A DNA stretch of 64,000 nt from Hypanus sabinus (taxonomy: Eukaryota). The stretch covers positions 22,134,001 to 22,198,000 of the forward strand of contig NC_082731.1 in NCBI RefSeq assembly GCF_030144855.1. The letters run 5' to 3'. This document shows, one piece after another, positions 40,215-51,649 of the stretch. The position numbers were made by a program, and so were the translations under genes. Numbering within the stretch: the first letter of the stretch is position 1; every line of letters starts with the position of its first letter. The notes beneath the pieces were generated by a model. It did no database searches. It was not told the origin of the DNA and saw only the letters and a program-made list of their open reading frames with translations.

Positions 40215-42574
40215 CCTGTCTCCTGACTTTTTGGAGTGACTGCCTCCCTGAATCTTCAATCTGTTACTGCTTCTGCCTCCCGAATGATCTGAAGCTCATC
40301 CAGATGATCCACTCACTCACTGGCCGCTCTCCGCGCTAGCTATTGACTGGGATGCAGAATTATATGAGGTGACCTCACTGAAACGAATTTAATTGAGTAA
40401 GTCTTTGAGAGTAGAGTGGTTATCTATGTTTTTAGTCTAGGGTCAAATGACACAGACTCTGAATGAAGAGGCAGCCTTTTTGAACGAAGATAAAAGGAAT
40501 ATTGATTGTCTGGTGCTTGATACTTCCGGAAATTCTTTGCCACAGGCGGCTGCGGAGGCAACGTCATTGGCTATATCTAAAGCAGAGTTCGATAGACACT
40601 TGTTTGTCTGGGGAATCCAGGAGTATATGGAGAAGAATGCAGCTGGTGCTGGGAAGGAAATTTGGTCATCCCTGATGAAACTGATGGAGCAACATTGATG
40701 AACATCATGGCCTAATTATGCTCCCATCCCGTATGTTATCATGGGCGTAAAACAGCGACTTCCTTTGATCGCTTTTACTCAGGATTGCTATTGACAAAGT
40801 AGCCATTCTAGCGTGAATCATTTGGTATTACTCTTACTATTTCGCTAAGAACTCGATTCTACAAGATTCAGTCGAACAGCCATTCGGTGAACAGACGTTC
40901 GATGAGGAAATTAATACAGCTCTGAGTAAGCATCGGAAACAACAAATGTACTACATCGTTTCCTGTATCAAACAGGGCACCTGGACCCCCCAGCCTACCG
41001 GGTTTAAATTAACGAGAAAACAGAAACACATTTTGTTCCAACAATGGGGGAAAAGATCAAAACATAATGATTCAACGATCCAAGGAGCTATGCTGTCTAT
41101 TCATTACGCGATAAATGCTGCACAAAATCATCAAATCTGAGAAGTTCCCTGGATGCTTCCTGGAGTAAGAAGGTGGGTAAGCAAAGGAGGTGACTGCTAT
41201 TCAAAGTTGCTGGTGGTTGTACACCTTCAAACAGAACGCGGCAGGAACTTTCGGTTCGCAAAATTATTTGAGAGTGTATTTATTTAACCCGCTTGTTGTT
41301 ACATCGACTGTTTTCTTACTGGCAGCTTAAAAGTTATTTAGATGAACTTTTCTTAATCTGCCACTTAATTTTATGCTATATGCAGTTAAATTTAAGAAAG
41401 TGTTTCGCTTCAACACTGACATCATTACAGGCATGAATACAAGTAGCTGATTTTTTTTTTACGGGGACTGAAGGGAAATGGACCCTGGAGATACTAACGA
41501 TAATCTGTTTTGATCAGATCGTTCCTTGCTATCGTCTCGAAGTGAAGCATCATAACGAAATCAACATTAATGAAGTGACTTGTTATATCCGAAAAGGGGA
41601 TTTTATTTACACTGTGCGGGAGTAAACCAGAAAAAAAAATCCAAATTTACGATCCAATGAAAGCCCGCTGACAACATATCAAAATGAAAATTCAACAACC
41701 ACCTGACAGAAATTAACTGCAATGATCTTTCCATCAGCCACTACATATAAGACATACAGTATGAGTTAGAAATCCATTCTTCGACACTCTCAAATTCAGT
41801 CAAACGTTGGAGCAGCCAGGAACCCACCCTATCCCCCACTCCAATGCAGAGACAGTAGCACGGCAACGACCTTCCCCTCCGTCACCAGCAAATAAAGCTT
41901 TAAAGCTCCACAACAAGCACTGAAGCGCCCAGCAAAGCATCAAAAAGGACACAAATTTGCATTTACCCAGACTGCACGTTCACCCGGCAATTCGACACAT
42001 GACAGGGACTCCCTCTCCCAATGTGTAAAAAGAGGTGTCCCCGTTGCACCGAAACAGTGAGCACATAACAAACAACTCGCTGATTTATGATGTTAAAATG
42101 TTTTGTGTCGATTTTTTTTTTCCGAGCCTGCACATAGATAGTTCAGGTCTCTGGATATACAGCCCACGACAACTAGACAGATGCTCCCGATGTTCCATGT
42201 TCTACCGCAACGTCCGAATCTGGATAACTGGCCTTCAATCAGTCCGTCTCCAGAGCCACGAAAATCCGGCCCCTGATAGCGCGCTCGGCTTGCAGTCTAC
42301 GTCCTTTGACTATCAAAGAGTGGCCCGTGGTGAAGCGCTGAGTCTGGGTTCCATTCTCGCAAAAAAAAAAAGTAAGTAACAATGTAAATCCAGGACAGAA
42401 CCTTGAAAAGAATCTTGAAATGGAAAAAAAAAGAAAGTTGAGATATTAATGATAAAGCAAAGCCGTTCCCGAAGATGCAACCAACGGAGTCGCCGTTTAC
42501 CTGCGCATCGTTACATTCTTTACAAAGTCTTAGACCTCCGGTCGCCTCTGCACTTCTTGAAAATTTCCTGCCAC

Positions 42575-43085
42575 GTTCCGGTGACGTCATCTTTCAGAAT
42601 GGCGTCCTAAAATAATAGCTCCTCCGGAAAAACGTTTATTTCGCCTTGTTAATACGCCAAATACTTGAGCTCGCGAAAATATCTGAACTGGAAAAAGGGG
42701 CAAGAATGGACAAGCGGAACGGAGATAAATAAAAGCCTCATTGCGGAACCTGTGGACGAGGGGCGTGCGCAGGCAGCTTACGTGGCAGCGAGTCAGCGAG
42801 GCAGTGCACGTGGACTGCGCACGTGGCAGCGAGTCTGACGCTGGGCCTCGTTCAGGCGTAGCGGCAAATTTAGTAAAAATTTAGTAAAAATTCTGGAAGA
42901 GGTACGGGAGTTCCAAAAAGTCAGAAAACACCTACTATATGATATGAAGTCAGAGTTCTCTAATGGTAATCAAACAATAGCGATGGCATAGAAACGATTT
43001 GAAAGAGGGGACGATCACGTTAAAATGTGGAACAGACGCTAAGTAAGATGATGCCAGTGTGAAGTCAACAGAAAATAAATTACTC
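42575..43085 (+). mobile_element. Probable L1-clade LINE 5' fragment (5' UTR and ORF1 coiled-coil N-terminus)
   Basis: CpG-rich segment followed by a frame-broken peptide ILEEVREFQK...DMKSEF...IAMA*KRFE..D, then NVEQTLSKM and NKLLDQ, resembling fish L1 ORF1 (from memory; no search). Confidence 0.45.
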
Positions 43086-45798
43086 GACCAATAAGGGAAC
43101 CCCCTTATGTTGGGCACCAAGGCACGGTCACTGGTTACGCCGGTTACTGCTAATATGAGGAGCTAAAAACCCATGAAAAACAAGATGGGGAATATTGCTG
43201 ATTCGAACACTTTTCTTGAGTTCTGGCCACCTGATTGTAAAGTGAGATGAAGTGAAGCCAAGTTGAGTCCTCCTAGTTAGCTGATAATCAAGTCTCGCGT
43301 TTATGGTATGATACAGCAATGCTCCAGAGCAATACAGATGACAGCGTATTATTGGACCGCCCGCGTTGACAGGTATAACCGGATGACTGTTAGTTCCCCT
43401 TTCATTTGACTGATCAATTAGCTGATCATTCAGATGTATTCAAGATACATTGATAAAAATCAGGATGACATCTTTCGGGATGGAGGTGCTAAACAGTTCT
43501 TTTCAATTGAGGAAATTTTGTCACGGGAAACATAAGAAAAAGGAAATTGTAGGGGCAAGATGCGAGTTTTCCAATACAGTACGTGGTGTGTCAATAAATG
43601 GGAACAAGTGTTCAAAATGCACAAGCCAGCAAAACCTAAACCTGGGATGGAGAAGGCAACATATCTAAATAGAAGTAAGAGGCCAGCTTTACCGCCCAAG
43701 CACCGGGAAGAATATCTTGAATTTCACGCTGATGAGGGACAATGTTATAAACGTGGAGATTGCAGAAGAATCATCTTCCTTATGGAAAAGACATATTTCA
43801 GCAATTCCCCAGTTTAGGGCAATAGAACTTTTGGTCCAAATCGTTCACTTTATCTTCAACATACCCCGGAGGTGTTTTGGACATTTCTTTCATTCCGTAG
43901 TGTCTACCGGTTGGTCTAGAGGCGGATGATGATGTTGCTATCCTGTTGCTATTCTGGACCTACTTTCACGTTGGCTCAGCTGGTCACAGCATAGTTGTTG
44001 GCATTGTTGTATAGAGGACGTTCGCATTGAATTTCGTCCTCGATTCCTACGGGGATCGTTGTGGTGTCCAGTGGATAGAGGGAGAGAAAAATAAAAAAGT
44101 TCTGGAAACCAACGATAAGTTATATATATAAATAACGCAGAAACAGACAGGAATCGACATGTATGCAAAGTGCTGGAAGGGTAATTTAATTTTAAGTTCC
44201 TATCGTTCGGAAAATCTCAGTGGGACACTATCAATTATGAGAATTTAATTTGGGGAAGTACTGCCGTAGTCGCAGCTGCAAATGTGTAAAGAAGACGATA
44301 GAGATGGAACATAATTGAAAGAAGATTTACAGATAGATACGCAGCAGACATCATCAAGAAAGACGAAGTAAACGACAGTTACATAGCGGACGGTAATAGA
44401 AGCACTGAGAGAATAACAGGGACTGAGGGAGAAAGACAGTGGGAGTGTGAGAGTAGGGGAGTGCAGAAAAAGATTCCCTCTAATATAAAGAAGATTTCAA
44501 AACTGCCTATATATCAAGGAAAATACGGAAATATCATGCCAAGAGGTCGGTAGAAACATGGCGGTGGAAAGATAACGGAATTGATAAAGGAAGAAACAGA
44601 GTTGAAATAAACAGTGAGATATAAAGGTATATTGACGCAAGTGTAAATTGAGAGGGGGAAGAGAGTATTTGAGCGAGATGGGGAGAAAATGAAGGAGCAT
44701 GAGGTAGAAAGATCGATTATTTTCTGGGCCCCTCTGTCGTATTGAGCTGAATACTTCCATGACATTGAACTCAACCTCACGTGGTGGCTAGACCCAAAAC
44801 GTTGCCCTTGGTTTTCCGAACCTCAATTAACATTGAATCATCAACATACAGAAAAAAGAATAAGAGGATGTGAGCACTCATAAACAGACACACAAACACA
44901 AACGCGCGCTCGTGCGCGCGCACTGTCATAAAAATCGAGGCAGTGTTGCGCAGAGAAAGAAGGAGCGATGGAAGGTACGAAATGACAGATCTCGAAAAGC
45001 AGAGATAATTATGTGCAATAATAAGCACAATAGTTCTAGCGTATAAAACTACAGCTTCTCTGTGAAGTGTTCAATTTATTTTAGCATTGTGTATCTCTTC
45101 GTAAAACCCTGAGATATGTGCTGTGTAACATACGGCTCTGGATCTGACCTCCGTATGAGATTTGCCCATGTAGTTATCGGTGTTTTCCTGAAAGTCGGAA
45201 TGAATTTTTCTTTTAGTATTTTCACCGTATATCTCCTTGGCATGTTGATCGACTGTGCCTGGGAAAAGTAAGTATTTTCGGCAGCTGAATGCCTATGTCG
45301 GCATACTGCTGTCTTAGTCAGGAAACTACTCAAAAAAAAAAACTTAGTCAGTCAAAAGCCATTTCTCGGACAACCTACAGGATTGCACTTTCTCTTTGTG
45401 TGCCTGCCTGTAAGCAGTATAACAGCACCACATGGTGTTTGGCACCAGCACACTATTTCATCGTCTTTCTCTTGATTTCCACACACATTTATCGCTTATT
45501 TTTTAAACACCGTCAGAGTTATTTTTTACTCATCTGGAGCTGCATTGCTCGCTTTGCTTACTGGCCATATCGATGAAGCCATGTCACGCAATGGCAAAGT
45601 TAACGGTACCTCTCATGCCATATATATAGTCTACCCTGAGAGGTGTTTCCAGCAGTGCTGCTATTTATTATTTTCCGGTTTTCCTGCACTTACAGCGGGT
45701 GCGCTACAACGCTTTACATTCTCCGTATAGCTGTCAGTCTATCTGCCTCTCTAACCTCTATCTCTCAGTCTCTCTACCTCTCTCATTCTCTATCTCCA

Positions 45799-45936
45799 NN
45801 NNNNNNNNNNNNNNNNNNNNNNNNNNNNNNNNNNNNNNNNNNNNNNNNNNNNNNNNNNNNNNNNNNNNNNNNNNNNNNNNNNNNNNNNNNNNNNNNNNNN
45901 NNNNNNNNNNNNNNNNNNNNNNNNNNNNNNNNNNNN
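45799..45936. other. Assembly gap (138 N) in a CT-rich tract upstream of V1
   Basis: Run of N. Confidence 1.
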
Positions 45937-46082
45937 CATTATTCCTTCTCAATATTTTCAGTAAAATCTTTTCTCCGCATGTACCGAATTTGCCAATCTT
46001 CTGGTGCCTCTCGGTTAATGGCATGTTTTTTTTGTGTGAAAAAACATGATCGGGACGCTCTTTCCTTGAGGTACAATGGCCT

Positions 46083-46107
46083 TGTCGCATCTGGGGCAAT
46101 AGGCGGA
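46083..46107 (+). promoter_or_regulatory. Conserved V-promoter block with E-box (CATCTG)
   Basis: TGTCGCATCTGGGGCAATAGGCGGA is identical in both cassettes (V2 copy 54371-54395), ending 158 and 159 bp before the respective ATGs. Confidence 0.65.
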
Positions 46108-46264
46108 ACATTATCAAGATGACTCATTCCCATTGGGTATTTTCATTTCCTGCCCATCATGTCAAATGACTCTGCTGTCCACTTAAGCAGCAGAATCGGA
46201 ACCTCCCGACGCCTGGCGATATTTTGTTGAGGAGAATTCACTGAACATTTACTTTATTAAAAAG

Positions 46265-46716
46265 ATGTGCAAGTTCCTCACGTGGATTCTGTGCGGAGCT
46301 TGGTTAACTGGTTTGTACACAGCAGACTATTCAAATTTCTTTTCGAAGCTGAATTCTGAAGAAAAAATCTCGTCTATTTAACATTTCATGTTTTGACATT
46401 ATTTTTTAGATATGTGTCATGGAAACTCTGTCACTCAGACAATGTCACTATCAGTGAAGACAAAAGAGGAGTCTGTGACATTCAGCTGCACGTATGATAC
46501 TACATTGAGCTATTATCTTTTACATTGGTACCGACAAAGGCCAGAACAAAGTCTCGAGTACATATTGCACAAAGATTCTTGGGGATCTGAATATAAAGCC
46601 GATTTTGCCAAAACTCGTTTCAACTTCGGTCTGGATGAGACAAGAAAATTAATTAGTATCAGCATCACAAAGCTACAAATTATCGACTCTGCAGTTTATT
46701 ACTGTGCCCTAAGCCG
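46265..46716 (+). CDS. TRAV/DV: T-cell receptor alpha/delta variable gene segment V1, apparently functional (leader exon 46265-46310, intron 46311-46409, V exon 46410-46716)
   Basis: Leader MCKFLTWILCGAWLT with a phase-1 GT-AG intron spliced in frame to (D)MCHG-NSVTQ...VTFSCTYDTTLSYYLLHWYRQRPEQSLEYIL...KADFAKTRF...LQIIDSAVYYCALS. Cys23, Trp41 and Cys104 are present with no stops, and an RSS follows immediately. Confidence 0.95.
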
Positions 46717-46755
46717 CACAGTGATGTATTCACTTTAAATGCTCGCACAAAAATT
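46717..46755 (+). promoter_or_regulatory. 23-bp-spacer recombination signal sequence of V1
   Basis: CACAGTG (46717-46723), 23-nt spacer, ACAAAAATT (46747-46755; 7/9 to ACAAAAACC). Confidence 0.97.
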
Positions 46756-47194
46756 CACTTACTGTAAAATCCATGCTTTGATCGCTGCCGCTATATATAT
46801 TTGACACACCTTTTCCGATTGTGGTTTCCCGCCACTCAGAGTACCTGTTGACGCTTCCCTCGCTTTCGTCTGTAAATATTCACAGATGTTGTAACCGCAC
46901 TGATCTTTTGAATGTCACATTGAGATCTGCAGCCTCTGCTCTCTCATTTCTGAAATGTACATTAACACGGCAAGACAACTATGAGCGCTGAAATTCAAAC
47001 CAGAATCACTGGTCAGTGTGTGCGTAACTTTGCATATTTGCGTGTGTATATGTGCAGTAAGATAGTGAAAGAGAGAGACTGTACATATGCGAAAACTTTT
47101 TGGCGGGGGGGGGGCGGGAATGGATATAGACACGAATTTGATAGATGTTTTCCTTTTAGAGCTTCCGCCTACTTTTTCGTTCAGAGCGAACTCT

Positions 47195-47197
<3 letters not shown>

Positions 47198-47257
<60 letters not shown>
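47198..47257. repeat. (TC)30 microsatellite
   Basis: Direct reading. Confidence 0.97.
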
Positions 47258-47259
<2 letters not shown>

Positions 47260-47329
47260 GCACTCACTCACTCTCTTTTTTGTTCTCTCTGTGTCTTTCT
47301 CTGTTAATCGGCTCCTACATTCAATTCCA

Positions 47330-48700
47330 CGATTGATGAAGGCCCTGAGGCAGGGCACTGGGGATCGACCTCCATGCAGAATATGAACCTTCTGCAGCCA
47401 CTGTTTGCCTTCTGTGTGCAAGCCAGTTCTGGATCCACAAAGCAAATTCCACTTGCATTCCATACCTCCTTACTTACTCAATAAACCTTGCATGGGGTAG
47501 ATTATCAAATGTCCTGCTGAAATCCATAAGCATTGCATCTACTACTCTTCCTTCATCATTGTGTTTAGTCACATCCTCAGAAGATACAGTCTGGCTCGAA
47601 AGGCACGACATAACCTTGACAAAGCCATGATGACTATTCTCCCAATGTTAAACTTCTCCATATGCTCATAAATCCTGCCTCTCAGGATTTTCACTATCAA
47701 CCTACCAACCACTGAGGTAAGACTCTCTGGTCTATAATTTCCTGGGTTATCTCTACTCCCTTTCTTGAATAAAGTAACAACATTCCCAACCTACTAATCC
47801 ACCGGAACTTCGCCCGTCCCCATTGTTGATGAAAAGATCTAAGTGAGAGGCTTAGTAGTCTCCTCCCTCGCCTCCCACGGTAACCTGGGGTACATCTCCT
47901 CCGGTCCCGGCGAATTATCAAACTTGATGCTTTCCAAAAGCTCCAGCACATGCACTTTATTAATAAAAGTCATCATTATCACCAAGATCCTATCCCATAG
48001 TGAATACTGAAGCTAAATACTCATTAAGCACCTCTGTTATTTGCTACTTTTCCATGCACAATTTCCCACTGTCACACTTCATAGGTGCTATTCTTTCACG
48101 CCCTAATCCTTTTGATCTTCACATACTTGTAGAATGCCTTGCGACTTTCCTTGATCCTGCACGCCAAGGCCTTCTGATGGCACTTCTGGCTCTCCTAATT
48201 TCCTTCTTAAACTCTTCCAGTTACCCTTATAATCTTCTCGGTTACGAACATTACCTAGCTTTTTGAAACTTTTGTATGCATTTATTTTATTCTTGACTAG
48301 ATTTATTACAGCCTTTGTCCACAACGGTTCCTGAACCCTACCAAAAATTCTCAGTCTCATTGGAACTCCACACAAATATTCCCTGAACATTTGCCGCACT
48401 TCTTCCGTACTTATCCGTGAAAAAATATCTTTCCAATTTCAGATTACAATTCCCTTCCTGATACCCCCGGAATTCCCCTTACTCGAATTAAACATTTTAT
48501 AACTTCCCTGTTCCTATTGCTGTCATGCTTATCTGTTTTCTTCAATTTACTTCGACAGTTTACTTTCTCCACCTGTGATCACCCAACTGATCAATTCATG
48601 GAAATTCCTGCACCTTACTTGTTCACGACACCTGGCGTCGTTTCGATATTCTACTTCTACTCCCGTCTACCTTCTTATTTTCTCAACTTTCCCATTCCTT
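47330..48700 (-). mobile_element. CR1 LINE ORF2 internal fragment, decayed
   Basis: Minus strand MDFSRTFDNLPH (~47480-47530), NYRPESLTSVVG (~47700), EPLWTKAVINLVKNK (48103-48399). Confidence 0.85.
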
Positions 48701-48824
48701 TCCACTCCGGAGGAAGTGTGGGAAAACGAATGCATTTTCTGTAAGATTAATGATGTCTCCAGTGTCAGAACTGCTCCCCACTATTTATAGAATAGATAAT
48801 AAAATCCGGAGGTGCTATTGACTT

Positions 48825-48925
48825 AAGCTGCCACTCTTGAAGAAAGGTTTCGGCCCGAAACGTCGTCACTACTTCCTGCCATAGATTGTGCTCTGGAGAG
48901 TTCTGCCAGCATTTTGTGTTTTTAG
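48825..48925 (+). repeat. Short interspersed repeat 3' tail (GAAAGGTTTCGGCCCGAAACGTCG...CAGCATTTTGTGTT)
   Basis: Matches a very common elasmobranch SINE/LINE tail motif (from memory). Confidence 0.55.
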
Positions 48926-50229
48926 TCGTTACTAAAATCAATTCTTTTTAGTAATAATATCTCGCGGTTCTGAAGAAATGAGGGATGACATTCAGTCCGA
49001 CATTTTTGAAAGAGTTGGCAGTGCAGTAGACTGTATAGTCACAAAAATCAGAAAGACATTGTTATTCACGGGAAATTAAGACTTCTGCTGTCATAACTTG
49101 ATTCAGATATTTCAATTCCAGCTAAAAACCATTAATCTCGTTGTTGACATGGATATTGAAGCTACTATAATGCACTTAAGTAACGTCTAAGCTAGATTTA
49201 AAGACACATAATAACCAAAAATACTGTCATTTTAGCTCATGTTCTCCATTGATCCCCATATTTTACTCGGGCTGTTTGTCAGAGGGGTGTTGACAAGCAT
49301 GAGAGCGCTTTAGCTGGGCTATAACGAATTGGAAACACTGACAACAATAGTATAAAAATTGGTTTAAAATAGGAAGATGGCATTTGCCTTCAACAAGTTT
49401 TAACTGTAGCAAAATGCACACAGGAGACAATGTGTAACAAATCCGTGTATTTTCATTATTATAAAGCGCTCATAGCATATTCTCATAGCATATGTTTCGA
49501 GAACTTGTCAATTCTAAATTCAGTGATCCGGGGGCATACGGAAATAAATGTGAAAAAAAAGATATACTGCAATACTGAACTGCTGTTACTGAGCAAAGGA
49601 ACTGATATACGTTTGGTTTGTGTGCCTAGTCGGGAAACAAAGATATATGTGCTGAAGATATAGCCGCGTTTACAGTACCTTCATTAACAGAATGCCCGCA
49701 GAAACACTACGTCGTCTCTCAGAATTAAAGACATAGGACGAAGTAAGTGCCACGAGCGATCGTAGTTCGAATTCTTCCATGTGCCCTCTGCCGTGGGGAT
49801 CACAGTGTGCCAGAGATAAAATAACTCAGGGGGTTGCAAGATTTGATCTTCACAGGGCCTACCCTGTCAGAAGAACAAGACAACAACTTTTGAAATAATG
49901 TGTGACTGCAGAGGAGAAAACAAACATCATCAGAATAATTACACACAGTTTAATCATTCAGGTATGATGTCAGCGAACTAATTTGCAGATGATCTTGAAG
50001 GCCGCCATAATAAGAGAAGACTCGGAAATCGAAGAATATGTTTCATCTGTCACAGACTAGGAATAAGCTTGCAGAATATGCTGGTTCCTCGAAAACGTTG
50101 TCTCATGGCTCAGACCATACCATGGGTGAACAGAGAGTACATTCCATACTAAAAACCCGCAACACTGCCTTCATGTCTGTAACGCTTGCTGACCTGAGAA
50201 GTAATGTGAGTCATATCACACTCTCCCAG

Positions 50230-50470
50230 TTATGAGTCCAAAACGAACACATCTCAGGTCAAGTATGAAGGAATGTGCACACCTTCTCACTGATGACTTC
50301 AAGGACATTTTCAACCCTTCATCCATTCAGATTGCTGATAATCCACCATCATACCAGTAATAAAGAGCACTACACATTGAAGGTGAAGTATTAAACGACT
50401 ACAGCCCGGCAGCATTGACACAAGTCACCATGAACAGCTGTAAACGGTTGGGCACACTGGACATTAACTA
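50230..50470 (+). mobile_element. Rex1/Babar RT fragment, old
   Basis: DIFNPS...LNDYSPAALTQVTMNSCKRL resembles DIFNLS...LNDYRPVALTS..MKCFERL. Confidence 0.6.
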
Positions 50471-50499
50471 TTAATTTGAACAATAGAAACGCTCTACCT

Positions 50500-51330
50500 T
50501 GGAAAGTATTCAATGTGTTCGGTTTCGTTCTTTGTAGGTCATGTTCTCTAGAGTTTTTCAAGGAAGATGCCAGGATACTGAATGAAGGGAATGCACTGGT
50601 AGTTGTCTGAATTCTCTTTGGCAAGATCGTTGAAAGAGGCCCGCATAGAAGTCGGACAAGAATATTTGGTCGTATTAAATTGGATAAGAATTTGCGTTTG
50701 TGACATTAGAAGTTGCCGCCCTGACGTGAACCATGCGACTGTAAGAGTACCGCAGAGATCTTGTGTGTAACCTGTGAACCCCATCTGGTTGACAATGTGG
50801 TTTAATGGACAATAGGATTTGCAGATGACTGCAAGACTGAGGTCTCATCCTCAAAGTTGAAGATTACCATCGATTGGAAGGAGCATTGGATCAGCTAGAA
50901 AACTGGTAAAAAAATAAAATGGCAGACAGGTGTGATGTGCTGCAGTTCGTTAAGACAAACCAAGGTAATATTTCACAATGAACGTAAGGGAACTGAGGAA
51001 TTTGGTTGAAAAAAGGAATCTGGGAATATACCTACTTTATATTTTTTTTAAAGTGGTATGACAGGTATATTGGGACTTAAGTTAAGATTTTGGCATACAT
51101 TAATAGTTTTCAAAAATACATAGATCAGAGAGGGATGTCACTTTGAAGTTGGTTAAGGCGTTGCTGAGGACTAATTTGTCTTGTTGTGTGCAGTTCTGGT
51201 CAGCTACCTGCGGGAAATGTATAAATTATGTTGAGATCATTCAGAGAATATTCATACGGATTCCTGGCAGGCCGGAGTTATGAGGAAAGGACTAATTGTT
51301 TACCACCTCATTATTCAGAATTTGCGATAT
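50500..51330 (+). mobile_element. Old CR1 RT fragment
   Basis: Degenerate GRSC..EFFKE, FADDCK and CVQFWS motifs in collinear order. Confidence 0.6.
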
Positions 51331-51357
51331 CAGACGAGATTTCACAGGTATATTATG

Positions 51358-51358
<1 letters not shown>

Positions 51359-51404
<46 letters not shown>
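51359..51404. repeat. (TA)8(TG)15 compound microsatellite
   Basis: Direct reading. Confidence 0.95.
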
Positions 51405-51405
<1 letters not shown>

Positions 51406-51649
51406 ATTGTAGGTTGTTTTTTTTATTTTTACTGAGCTTTGATGGGAATTTAACTAGAGGTGATGTGTTCATTATGAAACATCAAAGGAACATGGGAGGT
51501 AATTTGTTCAGTCAGACGTCTTGAGATTGTGTGATGAGCTGTCAGCACATATGGGGCACGCAAACACGATTTCAAAGCAAAGCGAAGGGAGGGTAACTGC
51601 ATGCATCCTGGTGTGTGCAGGTGGAAACGGCGATGTAAATTATGTCTCC

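Larger units (their letters stand above)
44945..47190 (+). repeat. Inverted segmental duplication, copy 1 (V cassette; partner 53280-55620)
   Basis: Collinear blocks seen by eye against the reverse complement of 53280-55620, e.g. GAAGGAGC.ATGGAA, GACCTCCGT.TGAGATTTGCCC, ATCGACTGTGCC, CAAAGTTAAC, GAGTACCTGTTGA, ATTCAAACC.GAATCAC. Confidence 0.9.

Noticed and set aside
43090-44100. Possible gypsy gag zinc-knuckle remnant (CHGKH...KCSKC)
   Set aside because: Cys/His spacing is wrong and there is no pol or LTR context.
45438-45464. J-like FGTST in the V1 upstream region
   Set aside because: No RSS, and the V2 paralogue does not keep the Gly codon; better explained as part of the conserved non-coding block.
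49777-49839. Possible D segment: CCATGTG-CCCTCTGCCGTGGGGAT-CACAGTG between the two Vs
   Set aside because: No acceptable nonamer at 12 or 23 nt on either side; several perfect heptamers are expected by chance in 64 kb.
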